From Amoebophrya sp. A120 (Eukaryota; Protista; Dinoflagellata), in assembly GCA_905178155.1 (NCBI GenBank), contig CAJINV010000009.1:372001-436000 (forward strand): 64,000 bases of DNA. The letters run 5' to 3'. Positions 1-9,341 of this stretch are shown in pieces (the stretch's first letter is position 1; the number at the start of each line of letters is the position of its first letter). Made by a program: the position numbers and the translations under genes. Below the pieces are notes generated by a model. The model saw only the letters and a list, made by a program, of their open reading frames with translations. It searched no databases and was not told the DNA's origin.

Positions 1-11
1 TTCTAAATTTC

Positions 12-3000
12 TTGCGAAAAGCGTTGCAAAAAGCAGTTTGTGTTGATGATTTTGAGGCACGAGAAGTAGAAGGAGGAACTGCCAGTGCAAGAAAAGCTAC
101 ACTACCAGTTGTACCAGGACAAGATGTAACGCAGCTTACCGACGAGCAAGAAGAGATGCTCAGTATGAAGTTATCGGCTATCCGGAACCTGCGACTCACG
201 CAGCAGGCGGTGCAGGTGTTGAAAACCGTGACGGCAAATCGGTACTGGTACGAGTACAAGGAACACGAGCTATTGCAGCCGCAATTCGAATTTGTCTTCG
301 TGCCAGAAAATGACAATGTTGATGAGGAAGGACAGGATCTTCAGGAAGACAACCCAGAGTCTGATGAAGCGGCACGACAGCCCACCGGAACCACAGAGTT
401 GGGCTCGTCTAGTTTCTCGCTGAATCACAAAAAGGACCTAGCGCGGAGTCTGCAGCCTTTGAGCAGCATCACAGTTGACCTTTCCTTGGATGGCGGATCC
501 ACGTCGTGGTCGCTTTCTCAGGATAGTTCCGATGGGGACGCGGCAGCAAAAACGAAGCAAAAGGACGCGGAAAGCGCATGTCCGGCTAGAAACGCGACAG
601 AGACGGAGACCCTGGTATCCGAACGGACTGGCAACTACAAAGAGAGTGCCAACACAAACTGCACAAGCACACCGATGCTGCTTACGGAAATTGTAGACCG
701 AGAACCTCAAGTCGCTAAGGTGTCGCGGAAAGAGAAACTGACCACAGAGGATGAGCAATCCGCAGAGATACTCAATTCTGCTGAGCCCGAATTGGCCCAA
801 GTCCAAGATGATCAGGATCAGGACGGATCCATTACGGGTATGCCCTTCCCGACGATGAACAAGAGCGATGAGCTTCCCTACTTCGACGACGGACGCTCCA
901 CACGGCGCTTGCGCGACACCCTGGACATGATTTTCCGGGACTTTTACGACAAACCGGTGGTCTATTTCAACGAACCGGTAACCGACCCGGAGGACGAGAT
1001 TGCGAAGCAGGTACTGGAGGCGTCGGAGAGCCAGGTGGTCCGGCTCTTTCCGCTGGAGCGGCAGTTTTTGCCGCCCTCGAAAAATTTTCTGGCGCAAAAA
1101 CGCGACTTGCACTTCAAAAAGTGGCCCTTATTGCACCGACTGGTCTGCAAGATCTATTTGAGGAAGCCGAAGAAGAAGGCGAGTAGGACTAAAATCAGTG
1201 GCAGGCCCTGGTGTGGTAATGGTCGGACTGACGGCGAAGAAATGTTGACTGAGCATGACAATGGGAATGAGAATGATGTCTCAGAGTCAGAGAAGAATGA
1301 CTCCTTTCCCATTTTGGATGTCCACTTTGAGAAGTACCACAACGACAAATTTACCCTGCTCGATGCGCATTGCCACTTGGAGATTATCTGGCGCAAGTTG
1401 CCTTTCCGCGTGTGCGAGCAGATGACGGACCGCGTGCTGATGACCTTTCACCCAGAGTCGCCCTACAGCCTCCCCAATGCGTGGCAATTGAAGACGATCA
1501 CGTCCGTATGTGACGGCCACAGCTTGGACTTCTGGGAAAAGTACTGCGAAGAGGTCTACTTCTCGAAAATCAGCACGCTCATGGATAGAAAAATGACTGG
1601 AGATGGAGGTGCAGAAATTAGTTCAAGTGCCGGGCAAGAAGCTGACACTGTCGCTTCCGAACAACAACGACTCGTGTTCGACGATCATCTGTACTTTTCC
1701 ATCGGCGTGCACCCGAAATCCATGGTGGAATACCTGAATAACGAGCGCAACATGCAGGAGCGAATGCTGCTCCTCGCGGACAAGCTGCAGGCCATCAACC
1801 GTTTGGTCGCCTGGGGGGAGTGTGGACTGGACTATGACGCGGACCTGGAGGTTCCGGACGACCTGCCGGAGTACGACCGGCCTGACGACATTTTCATCGA
1901 GAAATACGAGCGGGACGGCGATAAAAATTTCGCGGAGTTTTTCAAGTTGAAAGACAAAACCGACCCAGACAAATTTCGATTTTGGACGAAAGCGAAGAAA
2001 AAGGCGGACGCGGCGGGAAAGAACGCCGAGAGCTTCACTTGTCCCGATGAGAAAAATAAAATTGATGAAGAAGGTACTTCTACAACCAGCGCGCCCGTGG
2101 TGCTTCTCGACGAAGCAGGCGAGCCGCTGGAGGACCGCAACAACCCGGATAGTTTTAACTGGGAAGGTCGGCTGGGGATGCACAAGCGGGTGCCGATGCG
2201 GAACCTGGTCCGCGAGCAGTTGCGCGAGTCCGTGAAGCGTGGCCTGCCAGTGGTGCTGCACTCTCGCGGCGCGGACGTGGACATGTTCCGCATTCTGAAG
2301 GAGGAAGTGCCACTGGACACCAAGATCCACCTGCACTGCTGGTCCAGCGGGGGCGTGTTTCTGAAGGAACTTTTGGACACGTTCCCGAATCTGAAAATCG
2401 GCATCGCCGGGCACTTGACCACGCCCTCGGCCGACACCTGGCTCACGCACCCCTTCGCGCATTCCGATGCGGAGAACTACGAACCGCTGCGGAAGAACAT
2501 CACTGACCACTGCCCGCTCTCCAGGCTGGTGGTGGAAACGGACGCGCCCTACATGCCGCCCATCATGCCCGAGGAAGCCAACATGAGCTACGAACTGCCC
2601 AACATGTCGGCGGTTCCCAGCATGAGTTGCGCCACGGTGCGGTACCTCTGCTTCATGTACGGCGACTATGTAGACGTCGGGGAAGATGAACGCGAACAAG
2701 ATGCGGCGCAGGCTTTCGATGCAAAAATGCCATTCGTCGATCAAAAAATTAAAAACGAGGGAGCGTCTGTACCTGTAGAAACAGAAAAGAAAAACGACTT
2801 GAACTTCGTGGTGGGCGCGGACAATGCAGATAATGCAGGAAAAAGCGGCAGCAGCAGCGCAGTATCGGTATCTCGAGCCTCCATGTCTTACGAGCAATTC
2901 AAGGAGCAAAGTCGTGACAATCCGTGGATGACGGGGCACTACTCTTACGTCGGCGATTCGAAAGTCTGGAGAGTCTGGAAACCGTACAACTTCTACGATA

Positions 3001-3047
3001 TGCTGCTTCAGCTGCACAAGAATAACAAAGAAACATTTGGAATCTGA
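12..3047 (+). CDS. TatD-family metal-dependent nuclease with long N-terminal extension and insertions (possibly 5'-partial)
   Basis: TatD motifs occur in order: DAHCHLE, SIGVHPK, AWGECGLDY, PVVLHSRGA, IHLHCWS, LVVETDAPY. The frame is open to the window start and the first ATG is at 156. Confidence 0.88.
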   Translation: MRKALQKAVCVDDFEAREVEGGTASARKATLPVVPGQDVTQLTDEQEEMLSMKLSAIRNLRLTQQAVQVLKTVTANRYWYEYKEHELLQPQFEFVFVPENDNVDEEGQDLQEDNPESDEAARQPTGTTELGSSSFSLNHKKDLARSLQPLSSITVDLSLDGGSTSWSLSQDSSDGDAAAKTKQKDAESACPARNATETETLVSERTGNYKESANTNCTSTPMLLTEIVDREPQVAKVSRKEKLTTEDEQSAEILNSAEPELAQVQDDQDQDGSITGMPFPTMNKSDELPYFDDGRSTRRLRDTLDMIFRDFYDKPVVYFNEPVTDPEDEIAKQVLEASESQVVRLFPLERQFLPPSKNFLAQKRDLHFKKWPLLHRLVCKIYLRKPKKKASRTKISGRPWCGNGRTDGEEMLTEHDNGNENDVSESEKNDSFPILDVHFEKYHNDKFTLLDAHCHLEIIWRKLPFRVCEQMTDRVLMTFHPESPYSLPNAWQLKTITSVCDGHSLDFWEKYCEEVYFSKISTLMDRKMTGDGGAEISSSAGQEADTVASEQQRLVFDDHLYFSIGVHPKSMVEYLNNERNMQERMLLLADKLQAINRLVAWGECGLDYDADLEVPDDLPEYDRPDDIFIEKYERDGDKNFAEFFKLKDKTDPDKFRFWTKAKKKADAAGKNAESFTCPDEKNKIDEEGTSTTSAPVVLLDEAGEPLEDRNNPDSFNWEGRLGMHKRVPMRNLVREQLRESVKRGLPVVLHSRGADVDMFRILKEEVPLDTKIHLHCWSSGGVFLKELLDTFPNLKIGIAGHLTTPSADTWLTHPFAHSDAENYEPLRKNITDHCPLSRLVVETDAPYMPPIMPEEANMSYELPNMSAVPSMSCATVRYLCFMYGDYVDVGEDEREQDAAQAFDAKMPFVDQKIKNEGASVPVETEKKNDLNFVVGADNADNAGKSGSSSAVSVSRASMSYEQFKEQSRDNPWMTGHYSYVGDSKVWRVWKPYNFYDMLLQLHKNNKETFGI

Positions 3048-3125
3048 CGATTGGTTGGGTTGTTGTAAGTTGTACTACTAAAACGAGTTGAACAGGAAAA
3101 ATTTTTCGATTTATTATTAGTGGTT

Positions 3126-3217
3126 TTAGAGTCACTTATGGGTTAATAACCTATAATAAGTGACTCTAATTTTTATTTTTTTCGAACAAAGTCATAATGA
3201 CTTTGTTCGAAAAAAAT
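3126..3217. repeat. Two adjacent palindromes in the 3' flank of the TatD gene
   Basis: TTAGAGTCACTTAT (3126-3139) pairs with ATAAGTGACTCTAA (3156-3169). A perfect palindrome at 3175-3217 has 21-bp arms around a single central A. Confidence 0.9.
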
Positions 3218-4259
3218 CGTGAGAAGGAATAGCCCCACAGTGCGTGACTGACGGATTTGATTGCAGCCCCATAACGCCGCAGCGCTGCATCTGAACAGGA
3301 GCTTTATGGTTAAGAGAGTGTTTTAACTTTAAGTCGTCGGATGCCACCTCTGTCGCAGTATAAACATTCGAGTATTTTTTTTGCTATGTTTTGTTTAAAA
3401 TTTGATTTCGTTTTCGATTCATATGTCCGTGAGGCACTTCACCTGTTAGAATTGGAAGTACAAGAACAAAAAAAAGTAGAGCGACACAGACCGATCATAT
3501 ACCAAACTGCGACGACAGGAGAAGGTTGTATTCTACTGCATGGTGCATATTGATACGACTTTTTCTCGCGAACGACAGCCACAGCGCATTCCATTTTCAT
3601 ACTCAGCATTTTTTCTTTTAAAAAGAAGGAACCCATTCAGTTTTTCCAAAAAAGCTTTGGAGTAAAGTATCATGAAGGTGGTAAAGGGGAGGGGTGGACG
3701 ACATACATAGACATTCAGAACAGCCTTGGTATTTGGCACTGCTACTTGTTTCGGGTTCTGTTTTGTATGTCGTTTTGTGAATTGTGAGCGTTTTTTTCGT
3801 ATTCGTATTTTGATTTTTCGTTCTTCGATGGTGCACGTCCACGTGTCGTATTCGTTGCACTGATCTGTGCTTCGTTTGCTCCACCGCGTCATCACCGTGA
3901 AATGATACGGCAGAGAGTGCAAATGTAGCAAAGCGAGACGCGGTTCTTGTAGTTCTTTCGGAGGAAAGAGGCCCCCCTAGCGTCGAGCTGAGAACAGAAC
4001 GAAGGTCGTTATCATCAGAGAGTCAGGCACTCTTCTCGCTCCTGCAGAGCGAAGTACAACAAAACATTGAAAATCAAACATACAATCTCATTCAAACTGA
4101 AGAACAAGTAGCTTGTGCGGTCGCATCGAATTCTTTTCTTCTGCACAGAAACTACTGTGCCTAGCACGAAGTACTCGATGTAGGACACAGAAAGTGACAG
4201 CTTTTTGACACATCGGCCTTGACGTTGACAATGATACCAGAGAACGCCTAGGTAAGCAA

Positions 4260-7200
4260 ATGAGAAGTCGAAGCATGAGAGCCGGTATGACGATGAGGAG
4301 ACAACTTCTCCTAGTGGCGGTCATCTGGCTCGCGACATTCCAGCATGATTCTGTCCTTGCGGACCTCCCCGTGCACTGCTTGCTGCAGGACCTTGCTGGC
4401 GAGTGGAAACTGCATTTGACGGAGGAAAAGCCGCGTGACGAGGTGGTGAAACATGGCGAGTCTTTCTGTATGCACCGCGCGCCCAACACAAACCAGGAGA
4501 ACCTGGATCTCTTCGCGAAGAAGCACTGGGCGGAGGAGGTCGGGGAGGCGGCGGAGGAGGCGGTTGTGCATCTAACCCAGGAGCAGTCGGCTGACGTGAC
4601 CACGGACGAGGAGGTTCCGCACTGGCACAAGCTCCTCATCAAAGACGAGGCGGGTTCTATCCAAGGAAAAAAGTGTTACAGTTACACATGTGCTGTAACT
4701 TCAGCATCACAAGTTTTCTCCGCATGACAGAGAAAACTTGCAATGCAAAGATCATAAGGGAAAACAGGAAGGAAACGAGGCTCCAAAGCATTTCCTGCAT
4801 GAGAAAGGTTGTCTGTGTTGCCAGTTTTGCAACACAATGCGTAACTGTAACACTTTTTTCTTCCCATAGGTTCTGGCGTCCTGGGCTCGTGGACGCCGAT
4901 CTACGATGAGGGCATGGACCTGCACTTTGGCAAGAAAAGGCTCTTTGCCTTCTCCGCCTATCAGTGCGCCAGCGCCCAGGCCAGTAGCAGTTCATTTTCA
5001 ACATCGTCCTCCAGTTTTGCACAAGTTCAAATTGCAGCTCCTGCTGGTTCCGATTCCTCCGCTTGCGACAGTTGCGGTTCGGTGAATAATATCACAGATG
5101 AAACTGCAGTGCACATCGCAAAAGAGGAAGATGCTGCAACAAATAAAAATAGTCCCCGTGCAGAAATTGGAATCGACGGAGAGCTGTCAACACCACCTGC
5201 AACGTCGTTCTTGCAACATCAAAGTGCACCATCAGGTGGAGGAACTGAGAATAAAGTGGGAAATAGTGCCGATGACCAAAAAATAACCGAAGAGAGCTTG
5301 TCCTCTGCTCCAACGCAAAAGGAGCTTGTGCACCAGTCCCATTCATCGCGCCCGCTTTACCGCAGCCGCGCGGTTCGGTCCTTTGCATCTGTGAACGGGA
5401 CAACCACGAAGAACCCGTTTCTGGCGCTCATCGAGAAATCGCAAGAGTCGTGCGGGCTGGCTGGCGCCATGATCAACAGCGACGCAACGCTACCACCTGG
5501 CTACGAGTCGCTGTGCGGCCAGACGAACATTGGTTGGTTTTTCAACGAAGAGACCAATCACTACGGGTGCTGGTGGGCGGAGAAGGTAAATCCGGAGCTC
5601 AAGCATTTTGTGTCCTCCTTCGTGTTTCTCCGCAACCACGAACGAAAACGCAGTGTAAACCCGGCGCACCGCATCTTTCGCCGCCACGGCGATCCGCAGG
5701 AGCACGTTCCAAGAACAGAAGCGATGATTAGCGAATCGCAACCACCTCTCCAGATCATGAATACAGCAAGCACGGTGGAACAAGAAGTTCAGGTCGACAA
5801 ATCGCGAACAAGTAGAGCAGCCTTTTCCCTTCCGCACGTTCTGGCCAAGCGATACGTGGCAGCCGTAAACGGATCACGCACTAGTGGCGGCCTCGACGGA
5901 GCGAATTTTGAAAACAGAGTTCAGGAGCAGACGCAGGTGGACAACTCGCGTAGCGGGGCGGAGCGAGCCCGAGAGCGCGTCGACAGCGGAGTTCATGCAG
6001 ATGACGTTTTCAAGAACCTTTACGATACTAGCGAAGAAATGTACAATGCGGCGTCAGAATATCTTTTCGGCAGTCGCGCCGAAAATGACCAAAGTTTGCG
6101 GACCACGCGAACACCATTGTCCTCTACTTCTCAACACGCAGCAGAAAAAATGGCTGAGGGTGCCGAGGAAAAAACTGAAAGTCAGTCCGGAACCACCACC
6201 ACCAATTCAGCGGTCGTAGGCGAACATCCTCCGATAGTGCAGCTGCGTGCTCTCGAAACCACAGCGGCTGCCAAGGTAAAACCGAGCATCACCACGGCGG
6301 GCGCCCAGCAGAGCACAGAGGCGTGCAATTTTGACGCCAGCAACGAAAACCGGGCACTGTTCGAGACGCTGAACAAATTTCGGCAAAATTTTGACTGGCG
6401 CGACCAGTTCGAGGGAAAGTGGGACGTGGCGCCGATCGACCAAGGGAATTGCGGTAGTTGCTACGTCATCGCAGCCACCTACGCGCTCCAGTCGCGCTAC
6501 AATTTAATGCTGCTGAAAGCCGGCGCGGAGCTAGTGGACGAAGATAATGACAGCACTAGCACCTCCGCCGGCAATCTTTTTGGACTCGCAAGTGGCGACT
6601 CTTTGGCGGCACAAGCAGGCGGCGCCATGGCGGGACTTTACGACCGCTTGGTCGGGACCTTCGGAAGTACTAGCAGTAGCAGTGCAACTACATCTTCAAG
6701 TCTTATTTCGACATCGCTCGCAGAAAAGACAAGCGAACAAAAGGGAGCAGTGAAGAACAGTAGAGGAACAGAAATTTTGCGGCGAGAGGAGCAGCACGGT
6801 GACGTCGTCGAGAAAGCACAGATAAAGGTCAACAATGCCGCTGCAAGAAATACGAAGAAAAACAGCACCAGCGCCAGCCAGCTACAACTTGTTCGCCGAG
6901 AGAATCTTGAAGGGGAAAACCACGACCAGCACGATATGAGCATGCAACAGGACCACGAGGAGCATCATGAAGTAGAGGCTGCGACTCAGGTCGGCAGCCG
7001 GAAGAAGCGAACCAAGAAAGTGATTCTGCCGTACCAGGTGCCGCTGAAGTGCAACTTCTACAACCAGGATTGCGACGGTGGCTATCCAGAGCTGGTGGCC
7101 CGGCACTTTGCGGAATTCGGAACCCCGGACGCGTCGCACGAAAACGTGGACTCTACGCTGCCGACCACCGCAGCCCCCGGAGCTGACAGTGTCGACTGCC

Positions 7201-8615
7201 GCGCGATCTTCGGACAAACAAATACCGGTGCTGGGTTGCTTGGCCTTCCTCGCGGATTAATAACCTCGACGTCGTCCCTTCTTGACGAAAAGAAGCAAGG
7301 TGACACTGAAACGACTTTAGCCAATAAAGCGGAAAAATCGAGAGGGAAAGAAGTAGCAGCTGCAGTCGACGCGAAGTACCATAGTAGTAACAGCAGCTCC
7401 TTCGCAGAAAGAGAAACACACCGGGTCGACGAACGGCAACAAATACAGGAAGACATTGACAACCTTTTCTACGCCGCGAAGCAGTCCTACGGGTATGTGG
7501 GCGGGTTCTACGGGAAATGCTCGGAGACGAGATTGATGTACGAAATCCTGCACCACGGCCCGACGCCAGTCGCGGTGGACGCGGGCAGCGGAAACTTTGC
7601 GCAGTACGTGTCGGAAAGCAAAGCGGAAGGCCATCACCTGATGGCCCCGGACGACGTCGGGTTTCTGGAGGTGGTGTACGAAACCAACGACGAAGCGCTC
7701 GACGACAGCATCCGCTTGGTCGCGAACTCCTCGTCGAAGAGTAGCAGTCTGGCGTCGCTCCTTGTGACTAGTATTGCAGCCCAGAGGAGTAACAATGATG
7801 CGGTCTCATCTGTTCCACTTTCCAGCGCCAGGAGCACGACGTTGCGGATCCCCGTGGCAGCTTTGGTCGCGCACCATGCCAAGGCTAGTGAAACACCCGG
7901 CGGAAGCATCGCAGAGACGAACGAGGAGCACCTCTTACAGTTTCTGCTCGACTTGGATATTGCAGGTGGAAGCAGCTTTGCATCCTCTGCAGCTGCTTCC
8001 ACAGCACAGCTCGCGCAGGAGCGAGTAGAGGGCCAGGACGTAGAGCAGCGTCGGAGGGACGTTGCTGGCGACGCTTTTGGAGGTCAGGAAGATCAAGTAC
8101 TAGACCACTCTGTGACAAGAGCCACAGGCATCAAAGCGATCGAAAGCGAGCAAGTCACTGTGAAGCAAGCGAAACAGAAGATTTCTGAAGCGCGGGAGAC
8201 CCTCGCAAGCGGGACTGCCACGGCGGAGGCGAAGAAGGCGTTATTCCAGATTCGGAAACAGACCGAGAGCGCGATCAACTCGTGGGAGTATGTGGACCAC
8301 GCCGTCGTCGCGGTCGGCTGGGGCGAAGACGCGGCAACCGGCAGAAAGTATTGGATCATTCGCAACAGTTGGGGCACCACCTGGGGCCCCAAATCGACCG
8401 GCTACGCCTACCTTCCCCGCGGCGCCAACGAAATGGGCATCGAAACCCAACCGGTTTTCATCGATCCAGATTTCACGCGCGGCAAAGGACTTAAGATCCT
8501 AAAGGAAGATTTGGGGCTGGACGTGTACCCGTACGACGCCGGCAACAAAGCTGGAAGCGAAGGGTCATCAAACGCACACGACCTCCAGTTGCTTTCGGGA
8601 AAAAGGATGAAGTGA
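4260..8615 (+). CDS. Cathepsin C / dipeptidyl aminopeptidase (papain C1A family), 2 exons: 4260-4653, 4870-8615
   Basis: Signal peptide, then exclusion-domain motifs DLPVHCLL..GEW, GSWTPIYDEG (restored across the intron), ESLCGQT..GW and GCWWAEK. Catalytic motifs are DQGNCGSCY, DHAVVAVGWG and YWIIRNSWG. Confidence 0.92.
4654..4869 (+). mobile_element. Introner-like intron (216 nt, GT-AG) with terminal inverted repeats and direct repeat
   Basis: Perfect 20-bp inverted repeat GAAAAAAGTGTTACAGTTAC (4666-4685 / 4841-4860). Element ends are TAT (4658) and ATA (4868), flanked by GGTTC at 4653-4657 and 4869-4873. Removal restores the reading frame (DEAGS-GVLGSWTPIYDEG). Confidence 0.9.
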
Positions 8616-9341
8616 AGGCGAGGAGCCATGAATTTTTCAACAACCGTTGGCATTGAATGTCGAACGAAGGGAACGACAAAGACAACCGCATGCAAAGAAC
8701 AGCAGATGAAATGAGGAACGAGAACGCGTTTCGTTCGCGAGGAAACATCCTTGAATATGATCCCAGTTGCTTGCAATCACAAAGAACTCGCAATCAAACT
8801 GATGGAATAGCATGCCAAGGAACAAGAATTGGACTTAGAATTAGGGTATCTGGAGGACGACGTGCTGTCATGCGCCTGCTTCTGTGCGATGCTTCCGCTT
8901 TGATTCTGATGATGATGAAAGTCTCTAAACTAAAACTCTTTTCGCATTGGTACATTGTTTCTTTTGTGCCACGAATTGGTTTGTGATTTTGCTACTACAG
9001 CCAGATCTTTTTTTCTTGATCCGAAAGACAGGAATAAGACGTAAAGTGTCTGAGAGCATGCATGAGCATCCTGACCCTGAAAAAAGATAAACGAAGTTTA
9101 GCACGATGTGTCTTTGACTTTACTTTGATTTTTTTCCCCCAACCTCATTCTCGCAAGTTCTCTTTTTGCTTCTCTCGTGCCTACTTCGACGCTCCATGCA
9201 GGAGTCTGCTCATTGTCTCAAGAACAGCACTAAGGTGAAAGCAAAATTCAAGGCAGTGTCCCTCGTCGAAATATTTTTTCGTTTTAGCATTTGATTCTAG
9301 TATCTGTATTTGTTCTTGCGGTTTCAGTATTTCAGCCCACG

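Noticed and set aside
1623-3017. Long minus-strand ORFs (e.g. 464 aa here, 14242-15171, 43952-44845)
   Set aside because: They are antisense shadows of GC3-rich + strand genes and carry no recognisable motifs.
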